Notes under the pieces: model-generated
Seen by the model: the letters and a program-made list of their open reading frames with translations, nothing else
Told to the model about the DNA's origin: nothing
The model's database searches: none
Shown here: piece after piece, positions 1-14,738 of the stretch
Layout: every line of letters begins with the position of its first letter
How positions within the stretch are numbered: position 1 is the stretch's first letter
Source of the DNA: the human T2T-CHM13v2.0 reference genome, Homo sapiens
DNA: 64,000 nucleotides
Direction: 5' to 3' (one strand)
Assembly: GCF_009914755.1 (NCBI RefSeq)
Contig: NC_060932.1
Position numbers and translations under genes: made by a program

Positions 1-1611
1 AATATACAAACTTTCCTAGAACAAGATCCTGCTATAGCCAATTCTACCCCACTGGCTGTCTAGTTACCTCAATCTGAATAAGAAACGCTGTTAAATTTAA
101 CAAGGAACATCTGTTTTTCATTTGAGGTGCATTCAAGTGTTCATTAAAGTGTCCTAACTGCTCTTTTCTTTTTCTATTTCACAATGGCTTTCCTTTTAAT
201 ACTATTGCAAGTTCAGCATGTGACTTAAAAAAACCTCAGAGTCATTGTGGCATTTCCTTTGAAAAATGCCAGGAGAAACAAGAGAGAAAGCTGAAATCTC
301 TAAGTTTAATAACATTTTATTATTATTCACCTTTTCCATACTTCCTAGGGGTGTTTATTTTCAACAATTATTCAAGTAGGCTTCATTGAACCTGAATACC
401 CCAGAGGCCTTCACTCCTGTCTGCAGAGAGGCCCAGGAAAACAGATCTTGAAAGTGAGTTATTGGTATAAGACCCCTTGATGGAAGTATTTGGTCACCTT
501 CTATAGGAGGAAAAATCAGTTCAAAATAATTTAAATGCAATGCCTCATATTGCCAAATTCATTAGAATATATAATTTATCCTGAGTCTTCGTTTTCCAAA
601 CATGACCTTTGTTTTCTTAAAAGCATCAAAATTAGCAAATGAATTTGGATACTTACTTCATTGAAGGAGTAGAAAATATTTTACAGATTTATAGTGCAGA
701 CCTATCAGATTTTAACTAATAAATTGCATCTAAATGTAACAAAAATCACTTTCATTTTAATAAATGATAAAAGATGTCTAATCACTCAAGCACACAATTA
801 AGTTGATTTCAAAAAATATATTTTTAAGAATGTTGCTAAATACACCTCTAAAATAAAAATCCTTGTATTTTAGATAATTTAGGTCAAATTATAATAATAT
901 ACTACATTGGTAGGCACCTTGATAATAAGAGAAATATAGAAGTATCTTGTGGCTGAAAAAGCAGCACAGAAATCAATTCCAGTATGAAACAGATTTTTGT
1001 CAAAAATCACTTACCTAATATGATGAATTGTTCAAATGTTACAGATAGAAAAACAAAGGCTTACTCAGAGTAGGTGCTCAATAAATATTAGGTCCTCAAA
1101 AAATATGTATTAAATAGAGAGACAGAGGTTATGAGCCCAGAATCTGTCATTCTATTTCATATAAAAGGGACTTGTGTATTTCCAGATAGCATTTCTGATT
1201 TCCTACCTGATTTTGAATAAAGAGGACAGGTAGCACTATGATTATATTATTCCTGTTGATATAAAAGATGAACTATAAATACAGCATTGTTAAGCCTTGT
1301 CAAATGAAGTTCTTTGATAATTTGAACAAAAACTACCTGTAGCTTAACTTTGGCATTATGAATACAGTCAAGTCCTCTGTGAAAATTAGTTATGAAAGTA
1401 GAATCTTAGGAATAAGTCTATATATAAACTTACTTTAAAATGCAAGTAAATTAGTGCTAGTAAAAATAACTTACAAACACCTATCAAGCAAGGCTTTGTT
1501 AGTATAGCCAGAGCCACTGTATAAATTTGAAAGATATTTTATTTAAAATGTATTAGCCCTATAGTAAAAACTTTAATTCACAGGTTTCATCTTCTATGAA
1601 AAGTCCAGTAA

Positions 1612-1845
1612 TAGCTTGCCTTTATTAAAGACTTATGTGCCAACCACTCTGCTAAATCCTTTATGTGTAATATCTCATTTGATCTTTCCCATAACCACAA
1701 AGAAGATATCATTAAGAAAAAAATAACCATTTTTATCTTCATGTTACAGTTGCAGAAGACTTATGTTCAGAGGAGGTAAATACACTACCCAGAGTCACAC
1801 ACAGACAGTCAGTGGCAGAGCTGACATTTGAGTTTACAATCTGTT
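1612..1845 (-). mobile_element. MIR
   Basis: ATCTCATTTGATC...CAGAGGAGGTAAAT...CCCAGAGTCACAC...AGTGGCAGAGCTG (antisense MIR core). Confidence 0.65.
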
Positions 1846-3865
1846 CGCTATACTTGAGTACAAAGATTATCCTGAGAATCCAGCAGGACAATAGAGTAAA
1901 TTAGGAAAAGGAATCCTGGGAACCAACATGAGAATCTTGAAAAAGAGGTGAGCTAAGAGTAAGTTGGAAGTCATGAATTGATCATCTTCAGGACAGTGCC
2001 CTGCATCATCACTTCTGGTCTGGGATATGAACATCCAGTTGAGTCATGTCTAGAAATAACCTGTGGTAAATAATTGATTCCTTTATGGGAGGCTGGAGCC
2101 AGCCCATCTGGGATGCTGGCCAAGGGGCTGTTATCCCTGAAACCAATGGGGGTGGGTGCTGTAAAGGTTCCCCAAGTAGCCAGAAATGAAGAAGCCAGAG
2201 GGTAAGAAAGAAGTTGCTTTATGGTGCAAAGTCAAAAGCTACCTAAGTCACTTTAAGACCAAAGCCAAAAGGTGATGTGGGAGAAGATAAGGGGCAACTG
2301 AAACACAGGTAGTTGGAAATAAATTGGAAGACTCTAGAAAGGAGAAAAAAAAAAAAAACACTACAGGGCCTAAGAACATGGAACAAGACAGCTTGGCTTT
2401 AATTAAGTGGATAAGTCCTTTGTAGAGTCAAGGTAGACACCCAAAACTTTCTAGGATATAAGAGGGATTTTTTAGTCTATGTTTGACGGCTATAGATGTC
2501 CTAGACCGTAATGTCTTAAATAAACCTCTCCCTGGTATTAACTCAGCTACTACACAAGAAATCTATTACCTATTTTTTGAGTATAGTCATGTTCTCAGTC
2601 CTCTGTTAAGTGCAAAGAGAAAGAGAAAGGAAATAAGATATAATCCTTGATTCCCACATTTATATCTGGTTAGGGGAGAAGAGTAATCTCTCTGTCTCCC
2701 TTCCTGTAAGTATATTCAGTGAGCATCTCTCTCACATGACCTATGGAAAAATCACATCAACTCACTCTGTTTTTTAAAATGTTTCTTGAATACAATACTT
2801 TCTTTTGCTTTCCTTTTGCCACCACTCCAGTCTGGGCCCACAAGCCTGGACTAGAAATTCCTAATGTCACTCTTCTGTGGATGACTAACTCTGTGAAATA
2901 CTTAGAGGCATTACTCTGCCTAGTCCCTGATACCCTCCCTCTTCAAAAAAAGAAAAACAAAAGAACAAGTCCCAGGATTAGACATGTATAGGAAACAGAA
3001 TTGCTAGGGTCTTTAAAATATGCTAACTGACATTGTGCCTTCTCCAAGAAGACACTACCCACCAGTATTTTCCAAATTTCTTTAACCATTCCTCCCTTCT
3101 TTTTGAGGAAAGTCTTCTTTTAAGGAAACTCAAGATAAGACTTAGGGAAGTATTAGTCTGTGTTACTGAAATAGACTCCACAGGGCATCCTCTTTACACA
3201 ATCCCCCCCATCCTCTAAAGTCACTCTATACATTGGTATCACATTGTTTTTCCAAAGGTATTACTTTGCATATTTCATCCACCTAATCATAACCTTCACA
3301 GGCTCCCCTATGATTACTTTATGAAGCCTAAATTTGGCAATCTGTCAAGATGGGACCCTTCCATTTGGATAGCCTGATCTACTCATGCATCCTAGGTTAT
3401 CCCAGGGTCCACATTTCTGCTATTTATATTGCATGGAATACAATTCTGACTACTCCACTAGTCTCAGTTACACAAGATTTTCAAGATTTTCCTTAGCTAT
3501 CACTGGAATGTCTCTTAGTTGCTTCCTTCTCTGAACTTCTTTTTATACTTGTTTTGTGAACTATACATATTTTGCTGTCCTAAATAGATAACAAGCCTCT
3601 TATGGTTAAGAAGCATGTTTCTGTTCTGTTTTGCTTATTTGTATGCATAGAACCTAGAGCAATGCTCTACACAAGGATGTAAAGGGTCACAATAAACAAT
3701 TGCATTTTAGAATCTAAGCTTTGTTTGCCTAACCTCTGCCTAACAATATCAAATGCAGTTTGCTTTCAGAGCTGGCTTTTAAAAAGAAACGGTATATGAC
3801 TACTATATATCCTTTCTTCAAGAATGCTATATTAAATAGGACAGTGTGGCTTTCTTTAAGAGTGC

Positions 3866-4226
3866 TATATTAGTTAGCCAGGACAGCTTAAACAACAGAA
3901 ATGTGTTTCTCACAGTTCTGAAGGCTTCAAAAGTCCAAGATCAAGGCATCTTTGGTTTCTTCTGGAGCCTCTCTCCTTGGCTTACAGATGGTCGCCTTCC
4001 CCATGTCCTCACATTGTCTTTCCTTTGTGCTTGGGCATGATTGTGTCCTAATCTTCTCTTTTTATGAGAACACAGTTATATTGGATCAGGACTTACCCAC
4101 ATGACCTAATTTTACCTTAAATGTCTCTTTAAAGAATCTCTTTTCAAATACAGTTGTATTCTGAAGTACTGGGGAGGGGAGGACTTCAATATATCAATTT
4201 TGGGGGAATACAATGCAGCCCTAACA
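3866..4226 (-). mobile_element. MLT1A-like MaLR LTR
   Basis: CTTAAACAACAGAAATGTGTTTCTCACAGTTCTGAAGGCT...AAGTCCAAGATCAAGG...CAATGCAGCCCTAACA. Confidence 0.75.
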
Positions 4227-4989
4227 GATGCCTTTGAGTAAATTATTCAAATGAGTGGAACCAGCAAGACTGATGGACTAAACAAAGACCAAAAGAAGAC
4301 AATGAGACATTGTACAAACCACCATGGTACTATTCCAAGTTTCCATTTTAAGTTGCTGTAGATGCTTTTTAACTTATATTATTCTTTACTCTGGAATATT
4401 GACTGGTACCTGGTAATAAAGCTTTTAAAACTAGAAGTGCATACCTTCTCTGTTTCAGGAAGCATGTGAAACAAAGGTTTAAAGAGACACAGGCTACTAC
4501 TAGGATGCCTCAGCCATGTGGTCAAATACCAAACTGCCCACACTCAGGAACCCTACACAGATGACACACACCTTTAGTTTCAACTACTATAGCTTCTGGA
4601 AGTATGAAAGGTATATATTTACAATTTTTTCCTTACAACTTAACATTTTCACAGATCCCTGGTCTCTAGAAAATAACAGTGTTTTGCACATAGGAAAAGG
4701 TAAGGAGAAAGATTTGAAAAGAAAAAAGAACATAAACATTTCAGGACTTTCTAGCTTCTTTTAGGATGTCAGAATATTTCAGTATCCGGAATTTACTAAA
4801 GATAATCATATACTCTCATATAACATGAATGATTTTAAATTAAACAGACATAAATTCTGCTCTCACAGAGCTTACGTTCAGAAGAAATGAGGAAAATATC
4901 CAGTCCATCATATGACAATCAGCACAATAGACCATAGTTTCCCGGGAGAGCTTAGTGAGCTGCAATTTAAATAGTGGCTCAGGCAAATT

Positions 4990-5590
4990 AAGTCTTATCA
5001 AGGAAGTACTAAGTTAGCAAAGACCAGAAACAGGCAACGTAACAATCCATGGGGATTTCAGGGAGAAAGAACATTGTAAGTGCAGGAGTGGCAATTGTAA
5101 AGGTCCTGAGTACGGGTGTGACTGGTGGTCTGAGAACAGCAGAGAGGCCAACCTGTCTGAATCAGGGTTGGAGAGGAGCCAAGAGGAGGAGGTGACTGCT
5201 GAGGTCGCAGGGGCCAGATCATTCAGCATCCTGAAGGCCACTGGCTGTTACTCTGAGTGACAAGTGAGAAGCCACGGAGGATTCTCAACAGAGGAGTGAC
5301 AAGATCTGATTTGTATTTCAGTGGAAACACTTCTGGCTGTAGACATTCAGCTAACGCAGATGGAGCAGGCAGTTAAGAGGCTACTTCAGTAGCTCAATTG
5401 AAGAAAGATAGTGGCTTGCACCAGAGTTGCAGCGGTGGAGTTCCAGAGAATGGCCAATTCATGATGTGTTTTGTGGGTAGACCCAACTCATTTTGCTAAT
5501 GGATTGGATGTGAGGTGTGAAAGGAGAAGCAGAATTAAAGATAACTCTAAGATTCTGTTTGCCTAATCATCTGAAGGATGAAGTTATTAC
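4990..5590 (-). mobile_element. L2 fragment
   Basis: GAAGCCACGGAGGATTCTCAACAGAGGAGTGACAAGATCTGATTTG...TTGCTAATGGATTGGATGTGAGGTGTGA (typical antisense L2). Confidence 0.7.
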
Positions 5591-8500
5591 TAAAGGTATA
5601 TTTAAATATTTACATGCTGGTTACCTACCCTCGATGAGACTAATAACTTTCTAGACATTATTGTAGTTGCAAGTTGAAATGTTGAGAAATGACATGTTTC
5701 AGTATCCAGCATACAATTTCACACATATAGGGACACCAATGTTTCCTTCATAAATGCAATGGTGAAATATTCTTAATTGATAGAATAAAGTATCTCAGTT
5801 TTCTGTAAACCTGTCACTCAAAGGACATTCTTTACACATTACCTCAGTGATAAAAGGATTGTTGAAGAAGGAAAGCTTTATACAATTAGATAAGCTATGG
5901 CATCAATTTAACTCCAAAAACCTATTGACATTGGTTTGCTTGGTAAAAAACAAGAAAAATAACAGACTTCTTGTAAAAAGAAAAATTAGAGGTTACATAG
6001 AAGATAGAAGTCTCCCAAGGAAACAAGGTCCTTCAAAAGTATGGCTGAAATACTTCACCAGGAACGTCATACATTTTAACTGTAAAGTTGTTCAGCTTCT
6101 ACCTAACCACACAGGCAAATGTGAATTGTTTATTGATAGTTAGGGATAAATAAATTGATAGTTAGGGATAGATGATTCAAAAGGTTTTTATTGAATCTGA
6201 ATAATAAAACAAAATAAAAGATCTAAGTGTAATTTTTAGAAAAAGTGTGTGTTCAATTGAAAGCTAAAATGCCTCCCTACTTACGGGAGGGAATACAAGT
6301 TTTCATACAGCAATTTTACCAAGCCAAGCACCATTTATGTAAAATAAATCTGTGTACACTCACAGACATATATATGTGCATACACACATATACTATGCAT
6401 ACATATGTACACACACACACACATATTGCACACACCTACATGGTTTCCTTTTATAGACTCAAAAAAATACGCAGTTCTGAAAATGGGCAAATGCATCTTT
6501 TAAGTAAGTAAGTCCATTTGTCCAGATTTATGCTTTCTATCTATCCAACTCCTATCCATCATTCAAGGTTCTGGGAAACCTTCTTAGATTTCTCCAGCTC
6601 ACAGTGGTTCTTCTCTGGACTCACTCCATTTATTATGATTACACTCACATGATCCATAATGACAGCTGCCCCGTGGAATCTCTTACATTGCAATACTAAA
6701 CTTATAATCTGCTTTTATTGTTTGTCATGATGATGTTTAACCTTTGCTACCAAAGTGAACTGTGAGCTTCTTGAGGGCAGAGCTAACATATAGTGATACA
6801 GGGGTATCATAATGTTTTATTGGATAAATAAATTGATTCATATATAAATATATTTATTTTTCCTTTTAATTTTTAAAATTATCTACTGAAATATAAACTA
6901 AATGAAAGTGAGCTCTAAAATAAAGGTTTGTCTTCGGGATAAAAATGTATATGGAAATGATCTTACCACTTAATTAAGAATTCTGGGTTGGGGGGAAGAG
7001 GAGCTATTAAGATAAAGCAGAAGGCTGTTTATAGACTTTTTTCTACTTTTCCTTAACCATGTCTATGGTATTTCCCATGCTGCTTAAATCTCAAACATAC
7101 AGAACTCTATATAAGCATAATTTAAAAGAATATATTTAGTGTTACCCTATAAAGGGGATCTACACAATTTCACGGAGAGGCTCTCTAGCCTCTATCAACT
7201 CCCAAGAAAATGTCCTGATTCAGAGCCTTCTCTTGGCAATATTCAAACCACTTCAGTGTTGGATGGATTCAGATATACTAAGAGTCTGATAAGGATAGTG
7301 GTCTACAGTGCCAATTTTGGTAATGTTTCTCCACTCCATTGTTATGAGGTTCCATTAAACTTGAACATGATGAATTTTAAAGGATTTAAATATACAAATG
7401 TATTTCTCCTTTATCACCAATATCATTTTAATTTTGGTCCTTTAAATATTTTGCTACATATTGTCAAGAATACTGACATTCAGTGATGCATTTTAAAATT
7501 GTAGCACATGAACCTATAGAGCTACAGGAATCTTTTTGAAGAAGAATGGAAAGGCCTCAATATTCCAAAGTCTGAACAATAGAACCTAAGCATCTTAAAT
7601 GATATGACATAATGTACATAAAAGTCACCTATAAACTATAAAACTCTATTAAAATGCCAAATCAGATAGCATATCCCATTGACTACACAATGCAAGATTC
7701 ACTTTCCATTTATGTGTATTTACAGTAAGTAAAACTAAAAAAAAATTGTTTCAAATAACCCATTCCAAGGAACATACCCGAAGAGAGAATCATTATTTAC
7801 TTGTCTGATGTATATATGGTATACTTATACCATGCCATTGCCTTTCCGCAATAGTACCATTTAGTACAAACAGAGAAATAATTTGTTTAGCTGTATAATC
7901 AGGAGAGGCTGCACACAATAAAAGAAAGCATTCTGGTTTTTAAATGAATAAAAATTGATTGTGTCCCTATAAAAACTAAATTGGCAGAGTGTTAACTGCA
8001 TTTCACATAAACATCTGCAGCGGACTGCGCCTCTCCGCTGTGCTGTAATGCAATATAGGACACTTAGGAATAAATGCATCCTCCAGATGAGTTCAGAGAG
8101 ATTTTCTAAAAGCGCCTGATGAGATTGTAAAAATCGGATTAGTCAGAACTGCTAATGACACTTAAAACAAAGAGAAATCTTTAAACAAAATTATTTTGCA
8201 CTTCTTCTCTCTTGATAAATTATATGCAAATCAGTGTTGATTGAAAAATGTTTGCCTGGAAGGTAAATTCACACTAATAAAGGAAAGGTCATCCTGCTTC
8301 AAGCACAGTATCTCTCATTAGGGGGACTTTAAAATGAATCATGTTATTTCCTTTTTGTAAACTATTTCAATAAACAGTATGATGATGTTAGAGACATTTA
8401 TATTTCATCTTTACTGCATTCCTGGGTATTATAGTTCTAAGTAGGACATGCATGCTTTTATATTATTCTTAGTTCCAGGTGTGTGTGTATATCTACATAT

Positions 8501-11234
8501 ATATATATATATATCTCCATCTTGTTTATATATATATATATATATATCTTTTATAGATATACATAGTTTGCCTACATATAATTATCTGTATAAAAGTATA
8601 TGTGTATATTAAGCCACCAAATTTTTGATTTTTTGTCCATTAGTTTGAAGAAAAGCTGTTATTTAAGTCAGAATTTCTTTTATTTTTCAACAGTTTCATT
8701 CTTGGCACAATTTTTAAAAAATTCATTCATGGCAGATTCAAGTAATTATTTTCATTATTTATCTCGTCTGCTGAAAAATCAATGTACTGTGTTAGAAAGA
8801 GCAGAGTTCAAATTCTAGCTTTTCCTGATGCCCTCTTTATAACCAGGAACCCAAAGATCAGCCTCTATGCCTCAGTTTTGTCCATCTCTAAAATGTGTCA
8901 GGTCACACATAGCTCTTAGGTTTTCTATGGGATTAAATAATGTCATATGCATTATTTGACATGTACACAGCTTAATATTATATAGGCATTTCATGTGGTA
9001 TATTATTATTATTACTTTTTAAAAGAAATTTAACGTTAAGGTAAATCATGCTCTAAAATAGAGATGCTGAGCATATTTAGAAGACTGAAACAAATTAAAC
9101 TATTCCAGTTTAACAAAAGCCCAACAAATTTTATTTGCAAGTTAGTGAAAAATGAAGTAAAATTATATATACACAACCTAGTCCACAGGGCTAGAAAATG
9201 AAAATTGAATGACTGTTGACAAACAGTACCAGATGATCTGAAGAGACTACATATTGAAAAAAAAATGACATAGGAGTTCTATACCATGAGACAAGCAGTT
9301 GGAAAAACAACTTTTGATAGATAATAAAGCCAAGAGGAATATGACATTCAATTTGAGAATCAAAGTATTAAAGAATGATTACTTGGGGATATTTAAAATT
9401 TGTGACACATTAAAAATATTTAGATCAGGGATCTGAAAGGATCTTGACAAAACATCTATTCTGAATGGGTCATGCATGAAGAGTTCCAGAAACCACTGAA
9501 AACTACTTTGGATACTCAAGGGTATCAAGAAGTGACCTCCCAAATCTCCACGGACTTATACGTCCTAGATGAATTCCTTACCATCTTGTTAATTCTCACC
9601 CAAAAACAATAAACAAAAATAGAACAAAATTGCCTTTAATTTATATTTTCTTTCCCAAGAATAACAAGAGAAATTTGCAATTACTCTGGTGTGCTAAGAA
9701 TGGCCTTTGGAAGACAAGAAAACAAATACATTGAATACAGAATGATAACCAACTAACTTGATCACAATCAAATGGTCTTCAGTGAATTAATTAATGTATA
9801 TAATATATTTATATATAATAAATAACCTAGATAAATAATGAAGTAAATAAATTCAAACACCTACTACCCTATACATAACATTGTGCTGGACACTGAAGAA
9901 TGCCACAAGTTACAATTCTTGTCCCTAAGGATCATAAGATTTCATAGAAGAATTACAGATACTTTAAATATTTAATAAGATTACACTGAGTGGCACAGGC
10001 AGAAACTGCTGTCAGGGTTGACCAGTGCAGACGAAATGATAGGTGATGCCTTCATGAAGCATGTGAGGGTTACAATGATGCCTGAAATGTGGAGAGTGTG
10101 AGCAGATGGAGAGAAAGGAAGGAGCGTCCAAGTGGAGGGCCCCGGAGAAGCCAGAGTAACTATGACACATACAAGAACACGACTGAGACAGGCAATGCCA
10201 CAGTGAAAAGCTCCAGGCAGACAGAGAAGATCAGGAGAAAGATCTCTAGCTGCTGCTTAGATGGCAAGGTGGCAAACCTTACAGGTGCCAGATCTGTGTA
10301 CGGAGGTTTGGAGAATGTCTTTGTGGATCTGACAGGTCACAGCAGTTCATAGATCTGGTATCTGGGAGAAAAATCCTGAGATAAGAATTGGCCAGAGCAG
10401 GCAGCAAGTGAAACTCAAGTAGTCAGGTTACACCAGAACTTGAGCAGCCAGGCTACCTACCATCAGGTAGCAAGGAGCAAACCAAGCAGGGACCCAAATA
10501 TGAGGTCAGAGATTTTGATATGGGGGGCCCTATTCAGTCATTGAACCACCTAGGCCAGTAAAGGCCCAGATGATTCTGTAAAGCTGAATCTCAGAAAGGT
10601 TAAAACCTTTTTTCCTGCTTACAAGATGAAGTGGCACCAAAGCTGGGACTAGAACCCAAAATGCTTGACCACCTAGCCATAACTCTTACTCAGTACCATC
10701 TATCAAGTTCCCTGATCCATTGTAATTTGCTGCTTGACTCATTGAGTTTGTTTGGTTTCCAGTGAATGGGAAGGATTGTAATCAGGTAGTTCCCCAGTCA
10801 CTATAAGTTGGAGGTGGGGGTAAAGGGGGTATGGAAAGAAACTTAGGAGTTGCAGTTCTAACCTGGGGTTTGACAGTTATGTACTAGTTGGGATGTTGTG
10901 CAACCAGCTGGTGTCCCAGGAAGCACCCTAAGAACTGTTAAATGTCTGAGCATGATTATGGGACCTGTACTTTAGGGTAGATTCATATTTTCTAATTCAT
11001 TCAGTAAACACTCATTGGGCTCCTCCATAATTTCCGCCATTCATGGCATTATTTGGCTTACCATTCATTCTGGTGTTAGCGGCATGGAAATAGAGTTGTA
11101 AAGCTTAATGGTCTGGGTCAATCCTTCTCCTAATGATATTAACTCAGTTGCAAGACTGCTCAGTCATTCATTCCACAAACATTCACCAAGCACCTACAGG
11201 TACTAAAGGAAGTATGGTAAGTAGAGTTGTGCTT

Positions 11235-11400
11235 AATCAGCAGTCAGACTCTCAGCTCCTCTACTCAACTAGCTGTGGGACTTAGCTCTGATAATGAACA
11301 CACACAGACTACAGGGTAATTATGAGCAATAAATGTGTTCAGACACTTAAAACACCTAGACTGCGGCCTGGCATATATTAAATGCTCAATAGGTGTTAGC
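11235..11400 (+). mobile_element. MIR
   Basis: AGTCAGACT...ACTAGCTGTG...GCCTGGCATATATTAAATGCTCAATA. Confidence 0.6.
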
Positions 11401-11449
11401 TATTAACTAACACCTATTAACTAAAAATAATAATTATTTTTAAAGACTA

Positions 11450-12200
11450 GATAAGCCAAAGCAAAGATGGCTTCTAGAGGTAGAGATACTTGTGTGGGAC
11501 TTTGACGTGCTAGTGGACGTTTTCTATTAAGGAGAAACAGAAGAAAGTCATCTGAGGCAAATGAAAATAGCCTATGAAAATAATGGAGGTGTGACGCAAC
11601 ACAATTCGGACTGCTCGCTCTGGCTGGAGTCAGAAGATTTGGACGCAGAAGCCAAATCACAAAAGGCCCTATGTGCTAAGCTAACGAGTTTGAGTTTTAT
11701 ATTTAAAGCTATGGACAGCCATTGGCCGGTTTTGTGATAGGGGCATGACATGAGCAGTTTTGTGCTTTAGAAAGATCATTCTGGCAGTAGTGATGGAAAA
11801 ATCACTTGGAAGCTCTTTGAACGACATGGGCAGGGCTGGTCAAAATAAAGACAAGAGGTGCAATCAAGAGGACGTTAGGAGGAAGTCTTTATATGACTTA
11901 ACTAATTAGACATGGGAAATGGGTGAGAGAGTACAGGATGACAAAGCTCTAAGACTTGGGCAGCTATGTCAGGATGGCCCATTTTTTGAGATGGGGAAGA
12001 CCAAACATGCAAAACATTCAGGGATAGAAGTGCTGAGTTCAGGTTCAGAACTACTGGGATCTAAAGTGTGGAATATCCAGTGGGTATAAGGTGTCCAGTG
12101 GGCATCTGGATATGAACTTGGAGCCCATACGTCAAGTTCCCATTGGAAATATCTACCTGTGTGTCATTAGAGATACAAATTTTTGAATTGTGGGGTTTTA
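11450..12200 (-). mobile_element. L2 fragment
   Basis: GGGCATGACATGAGCAGTTTTGTGCTTTAGAAAGATCATTCTGGCAG...GTCCAGTGGGCATCTGGATATGAACTTGGAGC. Confidence 0.65.
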
Positions 12201-12675
12201 ACTTGCAGCTAACAATGGTAAAACAGACAGATAAAGTTGCCCAAGAAGAGAAAGACACTGAGAGAGTGACAGAAAGAAAGAAGAACTAAGTCGATGCAGT
12301 GAAAAATCTTATGAAGGTACCTAAAGGTAGAGAGAGAAAAGTAAGGATATCCCCCTATGGACACACATATGCTTAAGAAGAAATCCACCTAAATCTGTAT
12401 GTGGGCCATTTTACAGAGCAAATTGTATTGATTATGAAAGTCAAACTTTTTCTGGCATTCATCAAAACCACTGATAAGCACAAAAATAGACCCAAGTATA
12501 TGTGCACAAAGGAATGAAAAGAAACAAAGGCAATCCCAAGGTTTAGGGATTGAATGATTTGAGAAATTGTAACATAATAGTCATAAACAGGAGATTTCAT
12601 AAGACATGAACACTGTATATATGCAAACAGAATGACTAATATAGATACACCTATGATCTGCTTTTGAGTCACTTA

Positions 12676-12858
<183 letters not shown>

Positions 12859-13150
12859 TCACCAGACAAACAAACCAAAAAAACTCACCCCAACCCCAAT
12901 CAGACTGGAAGTCTAATTTCTATCTGTCTCCCATAGAAATAAAACTGAAATACCAAATGAGCATTACCAAGACTAATGCTAGAATAGCCCTACTGAAGCT
13001 TTCAAGCAACATAGTATGGTATATAAAAATAAAGAATATTGGTTCATAAATTGGACATTTCTTGATTCAAAACCCAGTTTCTCTACTTGTTAACTATGGG
13101 ATGATGGACAAGTAAATGCATTTGTTCATATCCCTGTTTTTAAATATTTA

Positions 13151-13562
13151 ATGAGGTATAATAATATAGCTTTTATGGATTTAATATTTGTGGTTTTCTC
13201 AAAATTTGTACATTATAACTTTAATCTCCAGTGCAATGGTATTTAGAAGTGGGGTCTTTGGGAGATAATTAGATTACGTCATGAGGTCAGGGCCCTCATT
13301 ATGGAATTAATTCGCTTATAAAAAAGAAAAAGAGACATGAGATATCTCTGTTTCTGAGAACACACACCTAGGAAAGGCCATGGGAGGATACAGTGAGAAG
13401 ACAGCTATCTACAAGCACAGAAGCAGGTCCTCACCAGACACCAATCTGCCTGCACCTTGATCTTGAACTTGCCAGCTTCCGGAACTGTCAGAAATAAATT
13501 TCTGCTGCTTAAGCCACCTAGTTTATGGTATTTTGTTATAATAGTCTAAGAAGACTAAGATA
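13151..13562 (+). mobile_element. MLT1A0-like MaLR LTR, apparently interrupting a MIR
   Basis: CCTCACCAGACACCAATCTGCCTGCACCTTGATCTTGAACTT...AAATAAATTTCTGCTGCTTAAGCCACCTAGTTTATGGTATTTTGTTAT; MIR-like sequence on both sides. Confidence 0.75.
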
Positions 13563-14738
13563 ATATCCCACTTATAAGTTGTGAATGAGGACAAAGTTAG
13601 ATAAACTAATAGTTAATAGTTATTTAGTTCTTAGTATAAGTAAGGCAATGCACTAAACTCTTCACCCATAACATCTCTTTTAATTCTTCCAATAGCTCTC
13701 TGAGGACTGGACTGAACCATTAATCAATGGGTCCTGTGGGAAGTGGATCTTTTCTTTTCAAGACATTTGAATCTGGAGGCAAGTGAACTGCTTCTTAGAA
13801 AACAAGATTCCTAGATAATGGAATCTTATTTCTTGTTTGTATATGCTGTCATAACATTTATGCATGTGCCCTTCTCCAAGTTGAACTAGAAAGTATCTCA
13901 GCCTGTAACTCAGAAATCCATAAGCTGTAGGCAGTTTCTGATTCCGCTTCATCTCAGGATGACTATAATATAATGTGGGTCAATTAACAGACAGTTGTAT
14001 TGATTCTGAAAGTCAAACTTTTTCTGGCATCCATCAAAACTTCTGAATTTGCAGATTCTCAATTTATGTTCTATTGAGCATGAACTTAGGTATTATGGCA
14101 GGTACTTTGCTATGGGTTTCATATGCATTAACTCAATTCGTCTTTATAATACCACTATGTGTTGATGTTACTACCATAACGATTTACAAACAAGCAAACT
14201 GAGATACTTGAGCTTACTTGACCAAAATCACAGAGTTAATACACACAGTGGGAACATGTGTCCCCTATTTATCATGTCCTGGTCAATACTGAAGTCATAA
14301 CATTTTATCTCTGATATACTTTTCTTTATGTGTATTACAGGTCACTTTTTATTTTCCCATGATTTACACTCACAACAAAATGAGAACTATTACAGGACTC
14401 TATTACATACTCTCAACTAATGAGAATTAATACACCATACAGCAAACATTATCAACAAACTGGCTATCAACAAGACTATTTTAGAAGCACTACTTATAGC
14501 AGAATCTGCAACACACAGAGAAAAAACAACAGAAGAATGTCATGGCTAGGTATTAAAACACAAGTTCGAGAAAATGGTCCAGGACAGAAAGATAATGATG
14601 AATAACCCACTGCCTCTCCACCCCAATATCCCAATATTATGTGGAGTGGGATGATTGGTCAACAGTTCTACAATGTCTAGCTGGAAAAAAATCTATGGCA
14701 GAGACAGATTAGGATTTCAGAGATTTGAAGAAAATGGA

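Noticed and set aside
657-729. Minus-strand donor GAA|gtaagt with a possible upstream acceptor
   Set aside because: All frames closed and the acceptor is ambiguous; such motifs are common in AT-rich introns.
5843-5938. Minus-strand exon-like segment whose translation QTNVNRFLELN*CHSLSNCIKLSFFNNPFITE faintly resembles an LRR cap
   Set aside because: Stops in all three frames, no companion exons, and the resemblance is too weak to support a pseudogene call.
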